Positions 48,808 through 63,674 of a stretch of 64,000 bases of DNA are shown in pieces. The stretch's first letter is position 1, and each line of letters starts with the position of its first letter. Under the pieces are notes generated by a model. It made no database searches and was not told where the DNA came from. It saw only the letters and a program-made list of their open reading frames with translations. The position numbers and the translations under genes were made by a program. The DNA comes from Octopus vulgaris. Its lineage: Eukaryota. The stretch is taken from positions 20,274,001 through 20,338,000 of the forward strand of contig OX597815.1 of assembly GCA_951406725.2 (NCBI GenBank), written 5' to 3'.

Positions 48808-48841
<34 letters not shown>

Positions 48842-48955
48842 ATGTATATATATATATATATATCGTCTTAAATAGTACCATAAATATATATAGTGTGTGT
48901 ATGTATATATATATATATATATCTTAAATAGTACCATATATATATAGTGTGTGTG

Positions 48956-48990
<35 letters not shown>

Positions 48991-49287
48991 TCTTAAATAG
49001 TACCATATATATATAGTGTGTGTGTGTATGTATATATATATATATCGTCTTAAATAGTGCCATATATATATATAGTGTGTGTGTATGTATATATATATAT
49101 CGTCTTAAATAGTGCCATATATATATATAGTGTGTATGTATGTATATATATATATCTTCTTAAATAGTACCATATATATATAGTATATATATATATATAT
49201 ATCTTCTTAAATAGTATCATATATATATATATAGTGTGTGTGTGTATATATATATATATCCTCTTAAATAGTACCATTTATATGTAT

Positions 49288-49295
<8 letters not shown>
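48790..49295. repeat. Minisatellite: TCTTAAATAGTACCAT core separated by variable (TA)n/(TG)n
   Basis: About 9 units by eye. Confidence 0.9.
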
Positions 49296-49319
<24 letters not shown>

Positions 49320-49816
49320 ATCAGGCGGTACATGTCTATCACTGAAATATTTGCTCAAGAGTGTTGTTTTGAATATTCGTTGCTTCCACTTTATATCGTC
49401 AGTGTTTTCAGTTTTAATTATCTTTCGAAATTTCTCAACTCAAATATAATAATAAATGTTCTGCATGTATGTACACACTCAAATTTGTGTGTGTTCGTGT
49501 ATATATATATATATAAAGCTTTGACATCATTTGGTAAATTTCCGTTTCTAATCGTCATTACAGTAACAATTATAAATAAATATTAATTATTCCATTTTCT
49601 AGACATTAAAAATGCTTTACACACTCATACACACACACATAGACATATCAAATAGCATCTATGCAAATTGGGTGTTTATAAATGTGCAAGAGTATAAGTC
49701 CTACATATGCTTATTATATTATACATAAATGTATATACGTGTTCGTGTGTATACATACACGAGTGTATTATGCATATTCGTTAGTTGTGCACCTAATGTA
49801 TTGAGTACTTAGGCTG

Positions 49817-49847
<31 letters not shown>

Positions 49848-49998
49848 ATATCTTTTATTTTATACACACACACACACATATATATATTAATAGAAAGACA
49901 GATAAAGTGTGTATATTATATATAGTTATGTGTATTGTAATATATATGCTAACGTGTATGCATATATATATGTCTATATATAATCACATGTATACATT

Positions 49999-50039
<41 letters not shown>

Positions 50040-50043
<4 letters not shown>

Positions 50044-50376
50044 GTTTGATATGTACATTTATATATATATATATATACGTTTGATATGTACATTTATGAT
50101 ATATATATATATACGTTTGATATGTACATTTATGATATATATATATATTTGATATACATTTATGATATGTATATATTTATGATATATATATATATATATA
50201 TACGTTTGATATGTACATTTATGATATATATATATATATATATATATATACGTTTGATATGTACATTTATGATATGTACATTTAGGATATATATATATAT
50301 ATATATATACACGTTTGATATGTACATTTAGGATATATATATATATATATATATACACGTTTGATATGTACATTTA

Positions 50377-50414
<38 letters not shown>

Positions 50415-50500
50415 TTAGGATATATATATATATATATATACGTTTGATATGATATGTATATATATATATATATATGTACGTTTGATATTATTTATGATAT
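50040..50500. repeat. Minisatellite: CGTTTGATATGTACATTTATG core with variable (TA)n
   Basis: About 9-10 units by eye. Confidence 0.9.
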
Positions 50501-50672
50501 ATATATACATTTCTCATATGTATAAACACAGGTGCATATTATATAACGTATGTTTATGCACCTGTTTCTATATGCTTGATTGTAATATATTTGCAAAAAT
50601 AAGAGATGACATTACAGATATTTTTACCCCTTGAATGAATAAACTTGCATTCTTAATTTTGTTAAAACGATT

Positions 50673-50723
<51 letters not shown>

Positions 50724-52544
50724 TAGATGCATCGATCGTATGATTTTTATATATATGCATATGAATAATCTATCGTATTATTTATTTTGATAATGACTTA
50801 TAATAATAAACTTTTATTTATTTATTTGTTTACTAATTTTTCTCTTTTTGGTGCTGACTGACTTGCAGTTTGACTACTTGAGGTCACAATATGATGATTT
50901 ATTAAAATAGTTTTTAGAACAGCTAAACATGGTGGAAGTGTGTATGATTCACACACACACACATATACACATGTATCTGTGTATATAAATATATATATAT
51001 GTGTGTGCAGATATGCATAAAACATGCCATGTTTAATTAAACTTTGATACTATCAGATAACACTTGATGACATGCACGAACTGTGTTAGTAAAGAGGGAT
51101 CTCATCCAGTCTAGGGTGGAAATTTAGAAAATTACTAAATTGTTGTGTATAACAACAGTTGACTGCCCTCCCCTCTCATTGTTATGTTGTTGTGTATAGC
51201 CCCAGGTCAATGCTGTTCGAGCAGTCCACAGGTAGGGTGACAGTTATTCCATGCCGAGCGATCATATAAGAATTTCATTTCTGGCTCGAAGTGGCAGAAA
51301 CGGTAGAGGGTCGCATTGCAGTGTTTCGCTTAGTTCGTCTAGTTTACGAGTTCAAATTGCCCTGGAGGCTGGCTGACATTGCTTTTCTCTCTCTCTCTCA
51401 CAGGGATCGATTCGAAACCTATAGATACCAGAGATGTGCTGAGGACGATTTAGTCACATGCTTCTGTCTTCCTGCAAATTTATGTCGTTGTAGCAGTGGA
51501 GGGAAGCATTTATGATTATTATTATTAGTTATGCAGAAGAGGTTGTGAAATGATAGTTCAACATGTAGTTTCGTCCTTCTTACATTTCTGATTTAATATT
51601 CCTCTTGTATTTGCTTCTACGTTTATCCATCTGGGTTCGGGAAAATAAATACATTTAATGCATTGAGTTTTATTCTCGTCATATCTATTCCTCTACAAGT
51701 TTGTAGCTTGCACTAAAGTTAGAACTCATTATAATGGTTGATGCCTACCATTATTATTATGATGATGATGATCGTGTCGTCTAATAATAATGATGACAAA
51801 CTCATTATTATTACTATTAGAGTGGTCCCATCTCGAAATACTTCAGACCACCAAGATCGCTAATGTCCTTGAGAAAAGCATGAATGCTACAATTTACTAT
51901 TTGGTATGTTTTTAAAATACATCATGTCTGTGTTATAAAAAAAAAAAAATTAAAAAATTAAAGAACAAGACAAAACCCAATCAAAACAACATTAGCACTG
52001 TCTGCATGAGAGAATCGATCTACGTTTCTCCCCAGGCCTCTATGATGAAAGACAGCCCAAGTTAACGTTCCAGATACCAGTAATATAGTGAGGTGGAGGT
52101 TATTGACTATACCCGCCCACACTCCTCACAAAACGGCCTCGTTCCTAAGAAAGAAATCAATATTGACGATCATTTGTCGATAATATTATATTACATGTCT
52201 TAATAATATTCACTGAAGGGGGCGTTACCTTATATAACGATAATCGATTATTGTTGTTGTTGTTGTTAATGTTGTTAACATTCGTTAATTGCATCAAAAT
52301 TTAGCTTCGTCTTAAATTTAATTAATGACCGCACAGTAAGAATTCATTTGTGTTTTCATTTTTCTGTCTTTTGATGACATCGTTGTGGAAATGAAAATGC
52401 TTGTATTCTGATGATTTCCACACACACCTTTCGGTGGCTTTTACATGAATAATTTCTACCATCGGAACTCAAGCTTATTTGAATGATTAACATTAGTTAT
52501 GTTGTATAATAAATAATCACCTCTCCACCATAATACATGCTTAT

Positions 52545-52575
<31 letters not shown>

Positions 52576-55500
52576 CATATATATATATATGTGTGTGTAT
52601 ATATAAAGCACACCTTGTTTCCCTTTTGACTCATTTACCACACGTGATTTAGGTGTCACGTTATAATAGCCAAATATATGTGTATATTCTTTCCAATTCT
52701 GCTGCTCATGTTATTATTATTATTATTATTATTATTCGAAGATCGATCGAACTTATTTTTCTAAGAGAAATTACTGAAAAAATTCTGTTAATATTTCATT
52801 AAAGTTCCACTTGCAGGAAGCGTCTAATTATACAAAAGCTCTCTCCCGCCCCCCTCTCTCTCGATTGAGGACATTACATTTGCTAATTGATTATATATAT
52901 TGTTATAGAGAGAGGAATGACTATTTTAACCACGAGAGCTTTGGCTAGATTCTATTTTTGGATATTATCTATTTTCTGGCTTTTTTACTCAAACCATTTC
53001 ACTTTTGCAGGCTTATTCAAGTTATCGGAACATTAGCTTAATTTTTATCCCGTAAACGAGAAACCTGAACAAATTTCGTGAAATAAGTGAAAATGTGTAG
53101 CAATAAATAATAAAGTTTTTTTTCATTTGCATCATGCGTAGATTTGTATGAATTTCTAGTGATTGATTATCACATGTCGAAATGTTTGAAATATTGTTAA
53201 CATACTTCGAATGTGATGTAATCATTTTTCTTAAATTATTCATTGAACTTAATCTGTTTCATTGCAGATTCTAAAGAAGACCAGATTTAGAATATAAAAT
53301 GAAATATGTAAAATAGAATGCTACAAATGAGAAACCATATCTACGTATTTTTCCTTGTTAAATAAGTTATATGAAGATGTTTTTATATAAATAGACTGTA
53401 ATATATATTTATAGTCTAACATTATATGTGTATTTTATATAAATATATTATGTAGATATATATTTGTGTAAGGTACTACAGACAGTTGCTTGTTTTACAT
53501 ATTTAATATTTTATTTAGTTATTTAAAATTCTGATCTAAAACAAAATAAATTTCTTCCTAAAAATGACTTATTTAGTTTGAAAAAGATTGTGATTAGATC
53601 CTTTACAGGGAGCACTTCTCGTCGACATTCGAGGTGGTTGTTTATCTGCAGATCAGCCCAGATTGAGCAGACCTGTGATCAAAGACACTCATGTAGTGAC
53701 CATCCTATTTTGATCCTTTATTTCAGATGGCAAGGTATAATTTGAGGTTGACTAGGCTGCTATTTCTGGCAGATCAAATGACTATGTAGAGGCTTCCCCC
53801 TATGATATGATTGCTTTTGCTCACTTAGAATATAATTGTGGCATACGTTTTTAAAAATCCATTCCATTATATCTCTGTTTTTTTAATTAAGTTTTCTTGG
53901 GGATTATTTAAACATTGCATTCACTTCTCCCATCATCACTAAATGGATCCCTCATTTAACTGAACATCCATTATGATGTGGGATATTTTATTAATATTAT
54001 TTCTGTCATCTTTAATATAATCTCTAATATTTTATCATCTTTTATGGGTGGCTGAGAAACCCTACTTAATTAGTTTGTAACTAACCTAGTCAGCTCCTTG
54101 ATATTAAACCCATATTGATTTGGCATTTCTGAAGATCTTTTGGTATAACATTGTTCTGTTACACGGACAGAACCTAGTCCAGTTCTTGATATCAACTTAC
54201 ATAATTGATTTTGTATTTCTTATGATCTTTTCGGATTGCATTGTCCTGTTGCATAACATTTTTCAACTCAAGTTACATGACTATGGAAAGGACAAACTTA
54301 TCGCAGCCACATTTGAGGAATCTCTTGGTTTGTCATGTATGATATAGTTTATATTTTTGAGCATTTGGTAATTCTTCAGATCAAAAGCCATGATATATCT
54401 TTGTAATTCTCCTGTTAAGTTTGTCATTTTGAGAATATACATGAGATTAGCGATTGCCATTTATGCAAAACTGTTTGGAACAGATGTGTGTGTGTGTGTG
54501 TGTAATTTTTTTGTTCACAAAGGATTGGATAGGGTTTTATGATCTGAATCTTTATTTGGAGTTACTGTCTTCCTAGACAGGCTGAGGGTTTTACTTATGT
54601 TTGTGTGTGTGTGTTTATATACACATGACATACATACACACACACACACTAAAAAAAAAATCTTGCTGTGTTTGCCAGATGACAAAAGACTGTGATAAGA
54701 GGCAAGAAACTGAGAGACTTGTCCAAGCCATTGTTAGCATGGAAAGAAATAAGTGGATACTAAATAACATATGTATGCATCTATTTACTAGTTATGCATC
54801 CCGGCGTTACCCAGGTATTATGATCTACAGCCACATAGTATTATTTGATCTTTTCTTATGAGCAGAGCCAGCACAGCTGAAATAGAGTGAACTGGATTAC
54901 TGACGTAATGAAAGTTATTGTTTGTTTAAAAGTGAAGGGTGGCGAGGGTACAACTTGCACGGGTTTGCATGAAAGTGCTTTCGTTCTTAAGAAGGATCAC
55001 AGACTATGTATTGTTTCATCATATAAAAGGGGGTTAATAAGATTTTGCCCAGAAATCACGTTTTTCGAAATTTTACCTCCCTCCCCCGTCCCTACCATAA
55101 TTTCTTAATTTGTATTTTTTTTCAAATTTTTTTTTTTTATCGACGTAGAAAAATACAGATTACAAATCTGGGAAATATATATATTTTAAGTTCAATTTTC
55201 CTTAAAGAAACACTCAGTGTCCCTTCCCTCCACCTCACCCACCCATCACCTACCCACTTTCGAAAAGCTAAAATCTCCCAGTGTTTCACTTTTGTTTGAT
55301 GTTTCGTGCGTGTGTAGAATTGTACTAAAATAGCAGAGTTGAAAAATACCAGACCACCACCAGATAACCTGACATGCTAGAAACAATGACATTATTTTTG
55401 AAGAAACTTCCTTGCTTTCTCAAAAAGCTAAAAGTGAAGCATTAAGAGTTTGTAGCTTTTTTGAAAGCGGTGATGTGATGGGTGGATGTTTGGGATGGAG

Positions 55501-56942
55501 ATTATAGTATTTCTTTAAGAAAAAAGGAAGAAGAAAAGTCTTAAAGATTTGTACTCTTTTTTTTTTCTCTGTGGGTTACCAAAAAAAAAAATTAGAAAAA
55601 AGTAAAAAAAAATGAGGAATTTGGGGTGGGGAGGGAGAACATTAAAATATTGAGAATGTGCTTTTTGGGTGAAATCCTAATCCCCTGTATTGAAAACAGG
55701 AAATTTAGGCAAAAAAACCCCCAGGAAATTTTGGTAAAAAATAAGGAACAAGCTAGGAACAACAGGTGAAGGACAGGATTTGTGGGAAAACTTCTTTTAA
55801 CTTTATATCAAATATCAGGTTTTTAAATACACTCATCACAAACACAAATTACAGAATAGAAAAAGGTAATTTCAGTTGGATTTGAGCTGTAATTTTGCAT
55901 ATGCACACTACAAGAAATAACAATTCATACAGAAGTTTTAGCACATGTGCATACAAAAGGAAGTTTTTTATGGCATTCTTTCATTTGAAGCAGCAAAGTT
56001 GTCAACTCAATCATATGGGATCATATGATTGTTAATTTCTGTTTAAATATTTCATTTCTTATGCTTTGAAGAGAGCAGACATTGAAAGAGAAGAGAAAGT
56101 GAAAAGGTGACATTTGCTTTGAAGTGAGAGGAGAAAGTGAAACATGTATGTACATGTATATGAAATGGATGTGTGTGTGTGTGAGAGAGAGAGTGAGTGA
56201 AGGTGTGTGTTGTATTTTTTGCATGTATGTGTGACACTCACTCTCTCACACACTATCTTTCATATGTATGTGTGTAAATACATATACATACATCTTTTTT
56301 GTATGTGTGTGTGTATGTGAGAGTGAGAGAGAGTTAGTGACTATTTCTTCAAATCATATGGAGAAATGGATATCTTTTAATGAAATATTTTTGGTTGTGG
56401 TTTATTTTAAAACAATATTTATGTGTACATTTTCATAAATGTTTGTCTGAATAGAGTTCTATGCATGCATGAAACATCAGATGAAAGTGAAACATTAGAA
56501 ATATTGTCTGGAAATGACCTCAAAATTGTGTGACCCAACCTTGTTTCTGTTTAGTAGTAAAAGAATTGTGTCAAAAACATAGTTTATTTGGTAGCCTTTA
56601 TATATATAGATAGATGATAGGCAGCTTTCTTTATTGTAGTACAGATGTGACTAATTTGGAGAAAAATTTCTTTCATTATTCACACATCATCACTCTTGTA
56701 ATGCAACACTGTAATTTTGGTTCAAATTGAAAGTGTGAAACTATTTTCACTTTCCAATGGAACCTGATCATTGTGGAGCAGTGTCTTTCAAATAACTACA
56801 GCTGGTTGTTGAGGTAACGTAGAAAATATCTAAATGAAAATAAAGTTTATTTGCTAGCTGAAAGATTACTGAATCTTTTGATACCTCATACATCAAAATC
56901 AGCAACTCAGTTTTTGAATGCATAAAGAACATACACATGCAT

Positions 56943-56991
<49 letters not shown>

Positions 56992-58305
56992 CTTATATAC
57001 ATATATATCAATATATGTATGTGTATATCATCACTATCATCATTGTTTAACATCTGTTTTCCATGTTGGCATGGGTTGGACTGATTTGCACTGTAATGTG
57101 GTTATTAGGAGGAGCATCCATGCCAAAGCTGACACTGGGACTTGGAACAGCCCTGCAGCTTGCTGAAACTGTCCAACCCATGCCAGCATGAAAAGCAGAT
57201 GTGATGCTGCTGATTATGATGATTTACATGCCATAAAACCTAGAAATTATTTACTTCATTCATTGTTATTAGCAGTTATATTACTGATACCATTGACAAA
57301 GTAAAAATATATTCTGCGTGATTTTAACATTACTCTAATAAGGTATTAATGATATTAGAATATAGAATTCAGGAAATCTTATCACTAAAATCATCATTCA
57401 AAGGCACTGAAGTATGAGAATTGTCATGTTATAAATGTTATGCCTAACATAACTGTCCTTAGATATGTGCATAATTTTCTCTCAGTGATCAGAAGTTGAA
57501 CACTTACTGCTTTCTCTAGACTATCACAACTCCTGTACTATACTATCATAACTTCTTCATTATACGTCTTGCCTCCCTTTATACTACTATACCCCACATT
57601 CTTCCATCCTATACTATTTCGTGCTATTTACCTTCTCCTGAACTTAATTTTCTTCAGCAGTTTGTAAAGTGGTGATCAGTATTTTTTTTAATAGGAGCTG
57701 CTGATTGTCATTGATAGTTTATTGGAGAAGAAAATCCAGAGGGTCATATCCTCCACTGTACCTGTGGTTAAGATGCTTAACTCTCTCTCTTTTGGCCCAG
57801 TTTACCTAACTGTAAATTGGCATCACATAGGAACAATTTGGCTACTGTAAGCAGAAGCACCTCTAAAATTGTTGAGTGGTTTATATCACTAAGTCTTTAG
57901 TTGTGCTTCTGTGAATCAAAGAGATCCTCTTTGCTGAAGAGTTAATTAAATTGCTTGTATCGTAGTCATCATTATCATTTTATATGTTTTTCCTTGTTTG
58001 TATGGGTTGGATGAGTTTTATGCCACACAGTGTCTCAATGCTTGCTGTTCCTTGTAATATCTTTTGTGTGGTTCAGTATTTTGAAATCCATTTTCCATTT
58101 TTATCAGTTCTTCCCACATCTACCTTTTCAGTAAGATTCTTCCATTTAGATCTTTTCCACCCAACTATCATCCTTTGTACACATCATATGTCCCATACCA
58201 GCAAACTCTGTAAAGAGATTTCTCATTTTTTTTCTCGGCTCATCTTGTCAGAATTTAGGTTAACATTTTCTGAAAGATTACATATGATTATGTCCATAGA
58301 TTGCT

Positions 58306-58338
<33 letters not shown>

Positions 58339-58767
58339 TTGTGAGTGTATATGTGTGTATGTTTTATTCTTGAAAAAAGAAGTGGAATAGTTGTTTCAAT
58401 ATCTGAAATACCTGTTCATCTTTGTTTTGAGGGTCAAACAAACAATTGAAAGCTGATGTGTATCCATACCTTATGTAGGTCACTAGTATATTCTGGCCAG
58501 CATCATAATGTATTTTGCCAGTCTTCTTCATAGATGCTAGGAAATACATATTGTTTTGCCCTTGTGGCCTTATCAGTTTTCTCACCACTTGATATATCCT
58601 TTTTCTGTTATCCCACTTTGTTGGCATTGTTCACTGTTGTGACTAAAAAACAACAACGAAGCTTATATTAACATAAAACAACAGATTTTCTTTCTGACCA
58701 TTTGAAGTGACCTCTTGATTTATAAACTACATCTAAAGAATATTACTGTTAAGGCATTTGTCATTAA

Positions 58768-58986
58768 CCCTTTAGTGTTCAGATTATTCAATAAAACATA
58801 ATGCTTATTGATTCACATTGATTTGAATTAATCATGCATTATCTCATATCTTCAAGATCTTGATGGTGTAATTACTTAATGTAGAATAACATTGTAGGGT
58901 AGTTGCGAGAGCCTGGATCTGGTCAGTTTGAACATAAAACAGATTAAATATTTTGGCCGGATATGGCCGGTTTAAATACTAAAGGG
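58768..58986. mobile_element. piggyBac-like MITE (intronic)
   Basis: TTAA|CCCTTTAGT...ACTAAAGGG|TTAA. Confidence 0.88.
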
Positions 58987-59875
58987 TTAAAGTCTGAAAT
59001 TTTAGACCTTAGAAACAAAAATAAGAATTTTGGGAAAGCAGAGATGTAATTTGATTTTCAAACAGTGTAATGACCTGAATAATAGTTTTGGCATCACAGT
59101 CTTTGTATGGTACAGGTCTTCTAACCATATTGATAAATCCCTATGTTGCTACATATGTTCTTAAGTGAGCATGTAACAGGCTGTGAATTTCATTGAACAA
59201 TATATTTATGAAAGTAAAGTTCACGTTGCATGAATTGAATGGTTTGACAGAAATTGATAGGTCTAAGGACTACATCATACTCCATTGTCTGCTTTGATAT
59301 GGTTTCTATGGCTAATGCCAGACACTTTGCAGCATGTATTATGTTTCCATTTGTTTTTCTGTGCCATGCTGTTTGCATGACTGAGACTGCCTTACTGCTT
59401 GCAAGATTATGAACCCCTCAAGGTTGTCAGCTTTATCCTAGGAGGTAAGAGGTTTAAGTATGAGAGCACAGAGCAGGTTGTTGTAGAGGAGCTACATGGT
59501 TACTCAAATTTAGAAGGGAGAGTGGAAAGTGGTGAGATGAAATTGGAAAGAGATAAATTGTCGTGATGAAGTATCTGAGTGGCTTCAATGTGCAAAATGA
59601 GTAGAAATGAGTGGATATAGAGGGACTAGGATTGTGGGTTTGTGGAAGGTTTGCAAAAGTATGTGGGAGCAAGAGATGGGGAATGGGGGCAGGGGGGGTA
59701 TGCAACAACTATAAGGATTGAGTAGGGTTGAAGGGTGGATGGAGGGAATGATATTGATATATAATAACATTTGTTACAAAGAGTTTTTTTCTTTCTAAGG
59801 AAAAGAAACAAACTTTTTTTTTTCAGTTGGAAGAGAGTTAGCAGCCATGACTGCTGGTCCTTCTAGATAGATGTG

Positions 59876-60096
59876 GGCAGAAGCGTTGGCACGCTGGGCG
59901 AAATGCTCGATGGTATTTCGTGTATCTTTACGTTCTGAGTTCAAATATTGCCGCGGTCGACTTTGCCTTTCATCCTTTCGGGGTTGATAAATTAAGTACT
60001 AGATATGCACTGGGGTCGATGTAATTGACTTAATCTGTTTCTGTCCTTGTTTGTCCTCTCTGTATTTAGCCCCTTGTGGGTAGTAAAGAAATAGGT
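59876..60096 (+). mobile_element. SINE family B (intronic)
   Basis: Homologous to 18872-19104. Confidence 0.85.
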
Positions 60097-60356
60097 GATG
60101 TAGTTAATATTCAGCTTGAATTTCTGTAGTTGGTGGCTGAGGGAAAAATTCAGACATGAAATGGAATCCAGAGAGTTGCAGCTCTAGACAGATTGAGTAT
60201 ATGTTAAATGTAGAAGTGATGGCTGAAGTACAGTAAATTTGATGAGGGGGAGAATCAGCTATATTCATTTGCCTTGAGTTAAAGTAGTAGAACAGTTACT
60301 TGTTGTACAGTTTGAGCATGCATTTGTTGTACAGCTTGAACATCTGATGTTCAGTA

Positions 60357-60608
60357 TCATCATCATCATCATTTAGCGTCCGCTTTCCATACTAGCATGG
60401 GTTGGACGGTTCAAATGGGGTCTGGGAAGCCAGAAGGCTGCATCAGGCCCAGTCTGATCTGGCAGTGTTTCTACGGCTGGATGCCCTTCCTAACGAAAAC
60501 CACTCCGTGAGTGTAGTGGGTGCTTTTTACGTGCCACCGGCACAGGTGCCAGACGGAGCTGGCAAACGGCCACGGACGGATGGTGCTTTTTACGTGCCAC
60601 CGGCACGA
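60357..60608 (-). mobile_element. Retroposon family D fragment (intronic)
   Basis: Homologous to 29811-30046. Confidence 0.85.
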
Positions 60609-61335
60609 GAAATGTGTGCAGTGGAAATTCAACAAGGTTGTGTTTTGAAGAGGAAAGATTGGGGGAAGTTTTTAGTGTTGTGTCTGGAAGTTTAACTAAA
60701 GAGATGTGTATCAGATCTTTGATTAGGGTGGAGGTTGAGTTGTTTTTGTTCAGCCCTGGGTCAGCTCTGATCCACGAGACCTACACTCAAGTATTCCACT
60801 CATAGACAATCTTTTTATTTTTAGATGTACTGTTTCTAGGACTATATAAATCAGTGAGGCCTTTATTCTTAGGTGGTCGGGAATGATTTCAAGTAAGTTT
60901 TGTTATTTCTACCTAGTTGAATGATAGCATTGAGACTTGTTGACTAAGAGATTTTAGTTAAGGAGTTAGATAAGTAAGCTCTTGTTTTTAGGTAGGATAT
61001 TATTCATGGAATTAGGATTGTATGTTAAAATTATACACATTGTATGCTTATTGTAATGCAATTGTACAATGAAATTTCCCTGTATTGCATAAAGTGGCTG
61101 AAAGTTAACAAAAAAATGGTTTGCACTTAAGATTTTTTAAAAGAAGTTTTTATAATAGCTTAGGGCCTAAAGACACTGTTTAGGAAAATGGATTAGGTTA
61201 TTTTCAGACTGAAAACTTTGTCTGAAAGTTTGCTGCAGTGTGAACTTCACTGAAGGCACCCAAGGGCCAGATGGTGTTGTTAAGCTAAATGAAAAGTTTG
61301 AAAGTTTAAATTAAATCCATTAAGTATAGCTTTCA

Positions 61336-61526
61336 CCGTGCTGGTGGCACGTAAAAAGCACCCACTACATTCTCGGAGTGGTTGGCGTTAGGAAGGGCAT
61401 ACAGCTATAGAAACTCTGCCAGATCAAGATTGGAGCCTGGTCCAGCCACCTGGTTCACCAGCCCTCAGTCAAAATCGTCCAACCCATGCTAGCATTGGAA
61501 AGCAGATGTTAAACGATGATGATGAT
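61336..61526 (+). mobile_element. Retroposon family D fragment (intronic)
   Basis: Homologous to 37670-37863. Confidence 0.85.
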
Positions 61527-62926
61527 AGCTTTCAACAAAGAAGATACATGATATGAATGGATAACTAAAGAGATCAAAATGTAGTGGCTGCTGGTAACCA
61601 AACAGTAGTGATTTACATTGGACAATAGAAATCTATGAATATAGTCAATGACTTTCTGAATTAATAAAATTCCAGTTGTTATTTTTATATCATGAAATTA
61701 ATATATTCTTCAAATTAGAGTGTATTGATACTTATTCTGCTAAATATGACATAAAACACTTCTGTAAGCATTAGGATACCATTTTAAGTTGAATCTAAGG
61801 ACCACTTACAGGCTAGATGGTGATAGCATGAATAATGCTAGCCCACTTTAATGAAAACCTGTCAACCATTATTTTGTATGTTCATTCTGCAATTCTCATG
61901 TGTCAAAAACTCTGCTCTTCAGAAAAGTTCACAAGAGGAAATGAGTTCATCTTCCTTGTAGAGAAGAAAATTGTAGCATTTTGGACAGGACCTTCTGAGA
62001 ACATTAGAGAAACAAAACTTTAGTTTCATCATTGTAAAATACATGCTGATTATTATGGTCAGTCTGGTCCACTTCATAACTACCATCTTTAGATTTTCTC
62101 AGTATGGCTGCATACAAACATTTGTTTTCATATTTTGATTTTCCAAAAAGCAAAATATCTATTCCAGCTATTTTCAGTGAGGCATTTAATAAATGGAATG
62201 TTTCACATGTCTGAGATCCATTATCCAGTTTTAACAGAATTCAACTGCTAAAATATTGTTCAGTTTTTTTCATGATCCACACGTATATGCATATGTGGAA
62301 CTTTGGGCAAGTGTCTTCTACTATAGCTTCAGGCCTTGGTTGCTGGAAACTAAAAGCCTGCTGTATATGTGTACGTGTATATGGGTGTGCGTGAGTGTTT
62401 GTGCCTCCTTGTCTTGATGTTGTGTGATAGTTGTAGATGAGAGTCTCTGTCATGCAAGCGATGTTATTCATTTCCAATATCCCATGAAAATATGTCAGGC
62501 CATGGAGAGACAACCAGAGTTCGACAACAAAAGGACACCCAGCTGTTGAAAATCTGCTTCAGTAAACTCCATCCAGCCTATACAAGCACGGAAAAGTGGA
62601 TGTTGAAATTTATATATATATACTAGCCGACCACGTGCCATCAATAATGACAGCTAATTGTAGTATCTTATATATAATGTTCAAAATAAGGTACATAATA
62701 ATCACACATACAAACATTCACATACTTCCCTTGTACACGCACACACAGAGTTGAAACGGTGATTTTTTTTTTTTTTCATCCCTTCCTTATTTATCTATCA
62801 CTCCTTCATTTCTCACGTTGCTATTACTTTCTCTCACTTCCTCTCAGCCAAGGCTATTACTCTTACTATTTCTCCTTCACTGAATTACTATTTTCTTTCC
62901 TCCTCCACATCTGACGTGATTCTGGA

Positions 62927-62977
<51 letters not shown>

Positions 62978-63279
62978 TAATAATATAAATACATATATGT
63001 ACATATATATATATATACACGCATATATGGGTACAGGACACCCAAAAAAAACGTCGAACACAATGAGATACGAAAACATAAACACAAAACCAAGGAACTG
63101 GACATTTTTCTTAAATAACAAAAAAATAGAGTACAGGACAAATAACACAAGGAAAATTCCCCTTCTTCAGTCGCCATGGTTTCATCTACTCTGCGTTTCG
63201 AAGGTGAAGGCAATACGCATCTTCGATAGAAACTTTCCTTCCCGCGAAAAGCAAATTAAATAAAATTATATATATATAA

Positions 63280-63674
63280 GGCACAGGAGTGGCTGTGTGG
63301 TAAGTAGCTTGCTAACCAACCACATGGTTCTGGGTTCAGTCCCACTGCGTGGCATCTTGGGCGTCTTCTGCTATAGCCCCAGGCCTACCAATGCCTTGTG
63401 AGTGGATTTGGTAGACGGAAACTGAAAGAAGCCTGTGGTATATATGTATATATGTGTGTTTGTGTGTCTGTGTTTGTCCCCCTAGCATTGCTTGACAACC
63501 GATGCTGGTGTGTTTATGTCCCCGTTACTTAGTGGTTCGGCAAAAGAGACCGATAGAATAAGTACTGGGCTTACAAAAGAATAAGTCCCGGGGTCGAGTT
63601 GCTTGACTAAAGGCGGTGCTCCAGCATGGCCGCAGTCAAATGACTGAAACAAGTAAAAGAGAAAGCGAAAAGAA
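63280..63674 (+). mobile_element. SINE family A flanked by ~247-bp direct repeats
   Basis: Homologous to 35037-35460; 63023-63271 is repeated at 63675-63922. Confidence 0.88.

Noticed and set aside
48790-50500. CRISPR-like repeat-spacer arrays
   Set aside because: Spacers are low-complexity (TA)n, the context is a eukaryotic intron and there are no cas genes.
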